Source: a virus. From it: DNA of 64,000 nucleotides. A program made the position numbers and the translations under genes. Positions 55,715-63,531 of this stretch are shown piece after piece (position 1 is the first letter of the stretch; each line of letters starts with the position of its first letter). The stretch is taken from the IMG/VR virus record IMGVR_UViG_3300023174_000094, positions 32,001 to 96,000 of that record; one strand, 5' to 3'. Under the pieces are notes generated by a model. The model saw only the letters and a program-made list of their open reading frames with translations. It had not been told where the DNA came from and did no database searches.

Positions 55715-57349
55715 ATGTCAAAGTATATTAAAATTTCTAATCAATCGGAGAATGTTAGTCGGATAGCCCTGGAAAAACTAGGGCTATCTACTAAACGAAA
55801 TGATCCAGATACGATTGGGCAATTTGGTTCAGGTATTAAATATGCTCCAATTGCAGCTTTGCGTATGGGATTGGATTGGATTTTTACTGGTCAAGATGAT
55901 AAGGGTCAGTATATCCTTAAGTATAAGGTAGAGCAAGAAGATGGAGTTGACTGTATCGTTTACGATTACGGTGACTATAAGAAATCATCTTCGTTTACGG
56001 TTGATGCTGGTGTATTGAGTTGGGAAGATGAATTCCAAATTTATAGAGAAGCAATTGCGAATGCTATGGATGAAGCTAAAACTTCAGGAACGACATGGAG
56101 TCGTGAAATAGTTGATGCAAAAGATGTTGTTTCTAACTTGAATGAGTTTTCTGTTTATATTACTGCGTCACCAAGTATGATGGAAATTTATAACGATCAC
56201 GATAAGTATTTTCTTGAGAATCGTAAAGCGTTATATACTAACGAACCGAATTATAATAAAATCAGCTTTTACAAGCCGTTTGATAAAAATACTCATGTTT
56301 ATCATAAGCAAGTAATGGTTTATGAAAATGAAGAGTATACATCAATGTTTGATTATGAAGTTCAAAATATCAAACTAAATGAAATGCGTACAGTGTCAGA
56401 TGAATGGACAATGAATTACAGAATTGCCCAGGCTATCTGTGAGTGTAATGATATATCAATTGTAAAGATGATTATTCAGTTATCAAACTCTACTAAGAAT
56501 TATGTTGAATTTGAATTTACTGGTTCAATGCATGATGTTGATAATGCTTGGCATGAGGCTTGGACAGAACTTTATGGTGAGAAATGCATTATGCTTACAC
56601 CTGATCAATCTATAAATCAAGCGTATGTATCTTTCATTAAAGAAAAAGGTCTTGACTTTAAGATGATTAGCTCTAGCTTTTTCTTTTGGGTTTTGAAGAA
56701 GGCTGGAGTTCAAACAATTGACAGTATTGCTGGAGAAGCTATTAATTATGATATTGATCATGATATTAGTAATTATCCAAAACTGATCAAGGCAATTGAA
56801 ATTGCAGCAAGATTTGAACCAGGCTTATTGCAATTGGAAAAGCCAATTGCTTGCTTTATTCCTAAGCAAAAAGATCACTATCTCGGTGTTGTAATTAATC
56901 CAGATACAGATGACAAGCAAATTTTAATTGATAGAAATCATGCGCTTAACGGTGAGCTAAATGAAATAGTTGCTACTGTTGTTCATGAATATGATCACTA
57001 TGAAACTGGCTATTCAGATGGAGATGTGATTGGTAGAAAGTTTAGAGATTTAGCTGATCGTAGGATTGGCAAATTGATGACTGAATTCTATAAGCCTTTG
57101 CTCGTAGAATTGGTTGATGAGAAGGTTATTCTTGATGTTAAGAATATCGCTGAGATTGGCGGTATTAATTACTCAATAGTAAGCGTCAATGAAATCAATT
57201 CTAAATTTATGACAATTGGTAATTGCGTATTCAAGGTTGTTATTGATGGAAATAATTATCAGGAGAATGGATGTGCTGAGGTGTCAGCATCTGGTAAAGT
57301 ATTCACCATTGCATTGCCTGGAATTATAAGTATTGATAGATTGGATTAA
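55715..57349 (+). CDS. GHKL-type ATPase (permuted motif order) fused to HExxH metallopeptidase-like domain
   Basis: STKR..IGQFGSGIK precedes REAIANAMDE; HEYDH near C-terminus. Confidence 0.7.
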   Translation: MSKYIKISNQSENVSRIALEKLGLSTKRNDPDTIGQFGSGIKYAPIAALRMGLDWIFTGQDDKGQYILKYKVEQEDGVDCIVYDYGDYKKSSSFTVDAGVLSWEDEFQIYREAIANAMDEAKTSGTTWSREIVDAKDVVSNLNEFSVYITASPSMMEIYNDHDKYFLENRKALYTNEPNYNKISFYKPFDKNTHVYHKQVMVYENEEYTSMFDYEVQNIKLNEMRTVSDEWTMNYRIAQAICECNDISIVKMIIQLSNSTKNYVEFEFTGSMHDVDNAWHEAWTELYGEKCIMLTPDQSINQAYVSFIKEKGLDFKMISSSFFFWVLKKAGVQTIDSIAGEAINYDIDHDISNYPKLIKAIEIAARFEPGLLQLEKPIACFIPKQKDHYLGVVINPDTDDKQILIDRNHALNGELNEIVATVVHEYDHYETGYSDGDVIGRKFRDLADRRIGKLMTEFYKPLLVELVDEKVILDVKNIAEIGGINYSIVSVNEINSKFMTIGNCVFKVVIDGNNYQENGCAEVSASGKVFTIALPGIISIDRLD

Positions 57350-57351
57350 TC

Positions 57352-57483
57352 ATGTTGTATAGATTTTTTGGGTGGTGTGCAATTGGATTTGCATGCCTTC
57401 TCGTATTCATGATTGTATTGCCAGTTGCGGTAATCATATTGCCAATGTTTTTATTGCTAATAATAGCCGTTATTATAGCCTGA
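57352..57483 (+). CDS. Small membrane protein (43 aa)
   Basis: Read manually: MLYRFFGWCAIGFACLLVFMIVLPVAVIILPMFLLLIIAVIIA. Confidence 0.65.
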   Translation: MLYRFFGWCAIGFACLLVFMIVLPVAVIILPMFLLLIIAVIIA

Positions 57484-57490
57484 GGAGATT

Positions 57491-57829
57491 ATGCCTAAAT
57501 TTGGAGAATACTATATTGTTGAATTTAGAATACCAATTAAAGTTGATTCTGTGAATTCTGTTCAAGAAGCAGTTAGTAGAGCAGGACAAATATGTGAAAA
57601 TCAATTTGGGTTTAAACCTAACAATTGGTATGCAAGAATATTTCAATATGTAACTGGAGTAAGGGAAGTTGGTCATGTAAAAGAATTCTTTTACAACCCT
57701 AATTCATCTACATATCGTGAAATAACAAAGAATATATCTTATTTCAATGAGCTTGTCCATAAAGGTTTGTCTCCAGATAGTGAAAAAAATAATAATGCAA
57801 TTATGCAAGCGCTTATAGAGGAAAACTAG
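57491..57829 (+). CDS. Hypothetical protein
   Basis: SD GAGGAG. Confidence 0.65.
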   Translation: MPKFGEYYIVEFRIPIKVDSVNSVQEAVSRAGQICENQFGFKPNNWYARIFQYVTGVREVGHVKEFFYNPNSSTYREITKNISYFNELVHKGLSPDSEKNNNAIMQALIEEN

Positions 57830-57830
57830 T

Positions 57831-58265
57831 ATGGGAAATAGGAAAGTAATATGTGCTGGATGTAGTCAATTATATCCAGCGGAAACAACAGATTTTTATC
57901 GTAATAAAAGATGTTGTGGATTAGACAGTTGCCGTGAGGTAATTGATAATAAAATCAAGCATTATAACTATCAAAAACAGCGTAGGAAATATGAGAATGG
58001 AACACATCGGAGAGGTGTTGAACCTTTTATTCGTAAATTGATTCTTGATAGAGATCGGAATTCATGTCTGCTCTGTTTTAACAATACAGGTCGGTTAGAA
58101 GTTCATCATATTGTTCCAGTTTCAAAGCAGGGAACAGATGAAGCAACTAATTTGATTTCATTATGTCATAAGTGCCATACAACTGTTCACCAAGAAGGAG
58201 ATGAAAAATATGTGGAAGAGTTCAAAGATTACACAACGCTTTGGGAAAAAGTCAGCGCAAGCTGA
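57831..58265 (+). CDS. HNH endonuclease
   Basis: RD...CLLC...LEVHHIVP...G.D...NLISLCHKCH. Confidence 0.85.
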   Translation: MGNRKVICAGCSQLYPAETTDFYRNKRCCGLDSCREVIDNKIKHYNYQKQRRKYENGTHRRGVEPFIRKLILDRDRNSCLLCFNNTGRLEVHHIVPVSKQGTDEATNLISLCHKCHTTVHQEGDEKYVEEFKDYTTLWEKVSAS

Positions 58266-58482
58266 ATATGAAGGATATGGATTAGAATACATCCAGCATT
58301 GGGTGAATGATTTGTCGTTTCAATTGGATAGATTCAGTAATGATTCAGACTTCGTTATGGATTTACTTGAGTCTGCGGGAAAACATTTCACAATTTCGTT
58401 GTCTGAAGAAGAGAAAAGAGATGCTTTTCTGTATATACTTGGGGCATTAGCCAGAGAGAAGGCAACTAGTAATGATTTGTGA
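58210..58482 (+). CDS. Hypothetical protein
   Basis: SD AAGGAG upstream; tiles gap. Confidence 0.55.
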   Translation: MWKSSKITQRFGKKSAQAEYEGYGLEYIQHWVNDLSFQLDRFSNDSDFVMDLLESAGKHFTISLSEEEKRDAFLYILGALAREKATSNDL

Positions 58483-58488
58483 TATAAT
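58480..58488 (+). promoter_or_regulatory. Extended -10 promoter
   Basis: TGATATAAT upstream of 58506. Confidence 0.55.
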
Positions 58489-58505
58489 ATATCTAAGGAT
58501 TTATC

Positions 58506-58868
58506 ATGAGCAATAACCACGCAAAAGATGACGAGTTGTTTACGGATTACGCATTACAATTATTCTCTGCGTTTTTAGATGAAGATCAAAGTACAGTTGC
58601 TGAATTGATGAGTTCATACGAATTGGATAAGCAAGAACAATTATCGTTTTTGCCAGGAATACTATATGGTTGCATGATACACATGGGTTTATTTATGTCT
58701 ACGATTGCAGATCAAAATGATATTTCTGTAAAAGAGGCTTTTAAGATGTATGCATTAAGTTATAATTCCGAAACAAGAATACACTTGCAAAATGTTGCTG
58801 GATTGCATCCAGCTTTTGCAGAACAAGTGTTACAGGAACAGGTTAGGAAACTAGATAAGAATTCCTAA
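58506..58868 (+). CDS. Hypothetical protein
   Basis: SD AAGGA. Confidence 0.6.
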   Translation: MSNNHAKDDELFTDYALQLFSAFLDEDQSTVAELMSSYELDKQEQLSFLPGILYGCMIHMGLFMSTIADQNDISVKEAFKMYALSYNSETRIHLQNVAGLHPAFAEQVLQEQVRKLDKNS

Positions 58869-59042
58869 TCAACAATAGATAACTCGTCTATTTAGATAGA
58901 TTTCTATATAAGCCTATACAAGGAGGTATTTTATAAAAAAATAAACTGTAAAGCAATGGTTTAATTTTGTAGGTTGCCGTTGTTTTGCATCTAAAGCTAA
59001 GCTAATGCGAATAAATCGCAAAACCTAAACTATGGAGGCAAA

Positions 59043-59579
59043 ATGAAGACAAAAAGTTCTTTAATAAGTGTAATTATAAGTATATATATAGGAATTGTAG
59101 GCACAATAGCTTATGCTTCTAGTAATGATATGAATATTGTTAATGCAAATTCGTATTCAGTTGCTATTGATATAGCTGAGATTAATACTCAGCCAATGGC
59201 TATTGATAAACCTGAGTGGTTAGATCATAGAGTTCCTGACGATAAGAGTAAGCGTTGTCCTCAGTTCAATTCTAAATTTAAACAATATGGATTGCCTGTA
59301 CAAGTATTTTCATATATCGCTTGGAGAGAAAGTGGTTGTAATCCAAAAGCAATAAATGCAAAATTTGATTCAAATGGAAAGGTCATTTGGACATTAAATA
59401 AGAATGGATCAATTGATAGAGGTTTGTTACAAATCAATAGTGCATGGCAAACAGTAACTAAAAATGTTTGCGGTACGGATTTGAATGGTCTATTGGAATT
59501 AGATTGCAACTTAAGTGTTGCAAAATATATCATGGACAATTCAAAAGGTAAGCTATTGAATTGGAAAATATCTAACTAG
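59043..59579 (+). CDS. Secreted/anchored lytic transglycosylase (SLT, lysozyme-like fold)
   Basis: N-terminal hydrophobic signal; IAWRESGC.P.A.N, DRGLLQIN, terminal W. Confidence 0.8.
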   Translation: MKTKSSLISVIISIYIGIVGTIAYASSNDMNIVNANSYSVAIDIAEINTQPMAIDKPEWLDHRVPDDKSKRCPQFNSKFKQYGLPVQVFSYIAWRESGCNPKAINAKFDSNGKVIWTLNKNGSIDRGLLQINSAWQTVTKNVCGTDLNGLLELDCNLSVAKYIMDNSKGKLLNWKISN

Positions 59580-59645
59580 CACCGCATACTCAATTTAGCT
59601 AATAGATTGAATAAAATAACGCTGGTGCTTTATTGAATAAAAGAT

Positions 59646-59819
59646 TTGGTATTAGAAACAGAATAGTAACTCTAGTGGGAACGGGGTTACTATTCTGGTA
59701 TAACCTTTGTATAGGGTTGTATTCTAATACCAATTTTTTAATATCAGGAAATACTGTTCTTTTTGGTCATTGTAATAGTATGTATAATCCTCATATCTGA
59801 TTATACTCTGGTATTAAAA
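59646..59819 (+). ncRNA. Candidate structured RNA: two tandem three-way junctions
   Basis: Helices traced by hand; identical junction geometry; G-U pairs favour the + strand. Confidence 0.55.
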
Positions 59820-59893
59820 GCAGGTTTGGTTAAAGCCTGGAAAAAACTATTTGTCTGACATATGCAAAAGCCGAGTTTAACCAATATGTTTAT

Positions 59894-59966
59894 GTATCCG
59901 TAGCTCAATGGATAGAGCAAAACACTTCTAATGTTTAGGTTATAGGTTCAAATCCTATCGGATACG
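59894..59966 (+). tRNA. tRNA-Arg(UCU)
   Basis: GTATCCG/CGGATAC acceptor, GCTC/GAGC D-stem, AAACA-CTTCTAA-TGTTT anticodon arm, ATAGG-TTCAAAT-CCTAT T-arm; CCA not encoded. Confidence 0.93.
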
Positions 59967-59968
59967 CT

Positions 59969-60103
59969 AAGAGTTAGGCTAAGCCCACCCTTTCGGGTTT
60001 AAGAGAAATATGCATTTGTTTATAGCTATGTTCTATAGAAAATGTTAAATGTGAAGCATGTTGTTCATTAAGCTTTGCAAATGTTTCTTGCCTAACTCTT
60101 TTT
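59969..60103 (+). ncRNA. Candidate multibranch structured RNA directly 3' of the tRNA
   Basis: aagagttaggc/gcctaactctt closing stem, internal stems, ends in T-run. Confidence 0.5.
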
Positions 60104-60140
60104 GTCATATATAAGCACAAATATAAGGAGCATCATAAAG

Positions 60141-60527
60141 ATGAAATCAATATTAATAAAAGAAAATAGTGAAATAGAAATGCTTTATAATAATAAGAAA
60201 ATGACACTTGAAGAACTGCAAAAACAAGTGGGTGGTTATATTGAATGGGTTACGATTGATGCTAAGAATAGCACTGGCTATTATGTTAACGAAGAGGGGA
60301 AATTTAATAAGGGAATGAATGAACTTGCTAGTAAATGGTGGTATTGGAATATTCTTAAAGAAAGAGATACCCTGAAAGGCTTTAATGACTTTATTTCAGG
60401 TGATGTTATTTATATGAGAACAGATGATGAAGGAGAGCAATGTTCACTAACTGATGATGAAATTCTTGATTTTGAAGCATTTGTAACAGCATATAGAATC
60501 CTTACACAGAAAGATGAGAATAAATAA
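60141..60527 (+). CDS. DUF3846-like protein
   Basis: TLEELQKQVGGYIE.V, VNEEGK, N..A, I.GDV. Confidence 0.75.
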   Translation: MKSILIKENSEIEMLYNNKKMTLEELQKQVGGYIEWVTIDAKNSTGYYVNEEGKFNKGMNELASKWWYWNILKERDTLKGFNDFISGDVIYMRTDDEGEQCSLTDDEILDFEAFVTAYRILTQKDENK

Positions 60528-60764
60528 ATGACAGACATTAGTAATTATGCAGCGTTATTTTATAGAAATGAAAAGATTGTTGGGGTTAGCACTTTTGACT
60601 CAACAAAAGATGAAGCAAGAAATTTAGTTAAGCTATTAGCAAATACTCATGGTGATTTTCTGCCAAACGGTGGTGATTATGATGGGGTTAGTTTTATAAA
60701 AACAGATAGCATTGATTCAATATTGAACGGTGCAGTAAGCCAAATTGAAAGAAGAGGAAAATAA
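60528..60764 (+). CDS. Hypothetical protein
   Basis: Abutting ORF. Confidence 0.6.
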   Translation: MTDISNYAALFYRNEKIVGVSTFDSTKDEARNLVKLLANTHGDFLPNGGDYDGVSFIKTDSIDSILNGAVSQIERRGK

Positions 60765-60765
60765 A

Positions 60766-61212
60766 ATGCCATTGAATTACGATATATCAGATATTGCAAT
60801 GTACAAAGATAACTATGATGAAGCGTACACAGAATACAAACAGTTTGGAGATACTTATAAGGATGTAAAACCATTCCTTAAAGGTTTGATTTTTAGTGGT
60901 GGTATGGTTGCGCTTGGATCAATTACTTATAAAAATGTAAGTGAATGGTATGCAAGATTGAAAATGTGCGAAGAAATGTATAACACATATCTTACAAGAG
61001 AACTCACAGAAGATGGAATGGATTATGTAGACAAGCCATTAGAGGCAAAAGAATTGATTAAATATATTGGTTTGAAAACAAATCATTCAACGGTTACAAG
61101 AGGTCAATGGGTTAAGAATGTAAAGCGTTATCAAAATGTAACACTTTCACATTCACAAATTCAATATCGTTTGAAGAAGCTGGAAGAACAGTTTGAGAAA
61201 GAGGTAGCGTAA
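60766..61212 (+). CDS. Hypothetical protein
   Basis: G.IT..N..EWYAR...IGL.TN motif. Confidence 0.65.
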   Translation: MPLNYDISDIAMYKDNYDEAYTEYKQFGDTYKDVKPFLKGLIFSGGMVALGSITYKNVSEWYARLKMCEEMYNTYLTRELTEDGMDYVDKPLEAKELIKYIGLKTNHSTVTRGQWVKNVKRYQNVTLSHSQIQYRLKKLEEQFEKEVA

Positions 61213-61532
61213 TGACTATCAATCCAGGTCAAATAAATATGTATCCAAGAGTTTCAAATTGGTATGAAACTAATTTTATTGAATACCGAGAAAATTCGGT
61301 ATTTGATAAATGGCATATTGAAGTTGCTTATTTTGAAGCAGATGCTGAATATACATATGCTTCAGATAAGAAAATGATTATGGGTGGTGCATATCAAAGA
61401 GTTGAAATTACTGACAGACTAACTGGTAATTTTTGGGAAGATGCATTTCTTGGTGAAACAGCTGAAGCTGACGCTAATAGATGGGCTAATGATATCGTTA
61501 CAAAAATTAAATATGGAAAGGTTAAGCTATGA
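61212..61532 (+). CDS. Hypothetical protein
   Basis: SD GAGGT; F.GETA..DA.RWA.D. Confidence 0.65.
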   Translation: MTINPGQINMYPRVSNWYETNFIEYRENSVFDKWHIEVAYFEADAEYTYASDKKMIMGGAYQRVEITDRLTGNFWEDAFLGETAEADANRWANDIVTKIKYGKVKL

Positions 61533-61915
61533 TACATACAAGTTTAAAAACTGATTATGATGTATTTAATTATGTTAAAGAACATCTTCTAAAACAAAAT
61601 GAAAAATCAGTAGATCCTTGGTCATTACAATGCCAATATCTTTCACAAAAAGAAGACGGTAAAGTATTGATGTGTGCTATTGGTTGTCTGATAGATGACG
61701 AATGGTACTCGGAAAAGATTGAAAATCTTTCTGCAAGTAATGAAGATGTTAAAAGAGCTGTTGCGGGTTCAATTCCAAATTGGGAAGTAAATTCAAATAT
61801 GTTGGGTGAATTACAACATATTCATGATGAATATGATCCTGATCAATGGAGTTTGAAATTAGAATACTTTGAAAGTTATTTCAACGAAAACAATGAATAT
61901 ATACAGGCAGGTTAA
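61529..61915 (+). CDS. Conserved phage hypothetical protein
   Basis: HLL.Q...S...C.Y...CAIGCLI...LQ.IHD. Confidence 0.65.
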   Translation: MIHTSLKTDYDVFNYVKEHLLKQNEKSVDPWSLQCQYLSQKEDGKVLMCAIGCLIDDEWYSEKIENLSASNEDVKRAVAGSIPNWEVNSNMLGELQHIHDEYDPDQWSLKLEYFESYFNENNEYIQAG

Positions 61916-61917
61916 TT

Positions 61918-62220
61918 ATGTCGTTAATATATAATTACATTCTAGGTTACGATACTAGTGACAATACTTGGTTTCATAATGTTGAAGCTGAATCTGATTT
62001 TATGGAAGGTAAAACAGTATTCAATTTTAAATATCAAGAGTATATAACTGAATATCAAGGTGACGGTATCTTTTTAGAAGATTCTGACAGATTGATTGAA
62101 TCATTCAATGAAGCTATTGAAACCTTGAATCAAAAAGAAGTAGAAGCAGTTGCAAAAAAACTTATTGCATTTCATGAAGCTGTTGAAAGGATAACTAATG
62201 AGCGCAATAACAATGTATGA
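61918..62220 (+). CDS. Hypothetical protein
   Basis: Tiles operon. Confidence 0.6.
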   Translation: MSLIYNYILGYDTSDNTWFHNVEAESDFMEGKTVFNFKYQEYITEYQGDGIFLEDSDRLIESFNEAIETLNQKEVEAVAKKLIAFHEAVERITNERNNNV

Positions 62221-62602
62221 GACTAGATTTGATATATCTGAGGATCAAAAGAATCCAGAATTCTTTTGTGAAGGCTTGGGGTCTAATTTAGTAATTACTG
62301 TTAGTAATGCAGATCTTAAAGATAAATTTATTAATATCTATTGTGATGGTGAAATGCGCATTAATCATAACGGAGAACAGATTGCAGATTATATTGAGCT
62401 GATCAACAGTGATATTAAAACCGATGATGATTTAAATGAATTATACGATCAAAATAAGGTTCAAATGAATCCCTGGTTTGATCTTTATGATCAAGATGGG
62501 GAACATTTAGATATTGTTCTTTATGATATTTATGATGCTATGGAAACAGCTAAAGATATGCTTATTAAAATGCAAAGGGAAGATTATGACAGGAAACATT
62601 AG
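62198..62602 (+). CDS. Acidic hypothetical protein
   Basis: IYCDGEMR...NPWFD motif. Confidence 0.65.
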   Translation: MSAITMYETRFDISEDQKNPEFFCEGLGSNLVITVSNADLKDKFINIYCDGEMRINHNGEQIADYIELINSDIKTDDDLNELYDQNKVQMNPWFDLYDQDGEHLDIVLYDIYDAMETAKDMLIKMQREDYDRKH

Positions 62603-62837
62603 ACACGGAGATATCCATAGAAAAGAACATCACTTTATCGTAAAAGCTTGGCTTGATAAAGATGACAAGATTAACTTTGATTTGGATCTAGAAAATGTTG
62701 AAGTATTTTATCCAACCCCAGTTTTCAATATGGGTACTGGAAAATGGGTGAAATTGGATAGCGGTAAGATCATGGAAGATGATACAAGAATGTTAAAACT
62801 ACTACAAGAGAAATTGGAGATAACTAATGGCAACTAA
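62586..62837 (+). CDS. Hypothetical protein
   Basis: Tiles operon. Confidence 0.6.
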   Translation: MTGNIRHGDIHRKEHHFIVKAWLDKDDKINFDLDLENVEVFYPTPVFNMGTGKWVKLDSGKIMEDDTRMLKLLQEKLEITNGN

Positions 62838-63153
62838 AAAGGCTGCAGTAAAAGTAGACAAAAGAACAGAGCAAGAACAATTAATTCAAGGTGCAATTAA
62901 CGGAAATTATAGTTTATTGATTCCTTGCAAAGATACAAAATTTATTTATGTAAGAAATCCAGTTACAGGCAAGATTTCTCATTTTGAAACTAATAAGCCT
63001 GAGTTTGTTTCTTATATTAAGGAATTGGCTGAGCTTGGGTTGAATGATAAGTTAGAAAAAGACTTCTATGATTTGGGTGCGCTTAATGATGAGAGATGGC
63101 TCCAGGTTTTAGATTTTCTAAGAGTAGAGAATGCATTGGAATTTATAGCATGA
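62827..63153 (+). CDS. Hypothetical protein
   Basis: SD GGAG. Confidence 0.6.
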   Translation: MATKKAAVKVDKRTEQEQLIQGAINGNYSLLIPCKDTKFIYVRNPVTGKISHFETNKPEFVSYIKELAELGLNDKLEKDFYDLGALNDERWLQVLDFLRVENALEFIA

Positions 63154-63392
63154 CAACAGTAAAAGAAGCAATAAAAATGCTAAATGATCATTTAGACCAA
63201 GATGAAGAAATTTGTATTGCATGGTGGGCTAAAGAATTGTTTGAAGGTGCATTTGATACAAAAATAAAAAAAGATGTATGGTCAATAGTAGTCAATGAAT
63301 TTGATGATATGACTATATATCCTCAAGAGATAATATATGACCAAATAGTGCAAACATTAGATGATAATAAGGGTTGGATTGAAAATGAGTAA
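63150..63392 (+). CDS. Hypothetical protein
   Basis: ATGA-style overlap; DEEICIAWW. Confidence 0.6.
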   Translation: MTTVKEAIKMLNDHLDQDEEICIAWWAKELFEGAFDTKIKKDVWSIVVNEFDDMTIYPQEIIYDQIVQTLDDNKGWIENE

Positions 63393-63531
63393 AATAGACG
63401 GAGATCAGTTGCGGTCAAAGATAGAAAAGCTTTTGCCTAATTGTTCTTTTGATGAAGATAATGAAGGTCAAGTTATTATTTATACAAACCTAAAAGAAAC
63501 AGCAAATGGAAATTACAAGGAGATGAAATGA
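63385..63531 (+). CDS. Small hypothetical protein (48 aa)
   Basis: Read manually: MSKIDGDQLRSKIEKLLPNCSFDEDNEGQVIIYTNL... Confidence 0.6.
   Translation: MSKIDGDQLRSKIEKLLPNCSFDEDNEGQVIIYTNLKETANGNYKEMK

Noticed and set aside
58869-59042. c-di-AMP (ydaO) or c-di-GMP-I riboswitch upstream of the transglycosylase
   Set aside because: I could not fit the consensus cores by eye; kept only as an unclassified structured leader.
47654-60691. GGGGTTA recurring in the early region (about six copies)
   Set aside because: Several copies are inside coding sequence, it also occurs in the core region, and there is no consistent position relative to genes.
83-60874. All minus-strand ORFs and short alternative-frame plus-strand ORFs in the track (e.g. 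12155..12886, 5257..5769, 57372..57554)
   Set aside because: They are shadows of well-supported + strand genes, with no motifs or RBS of their own.
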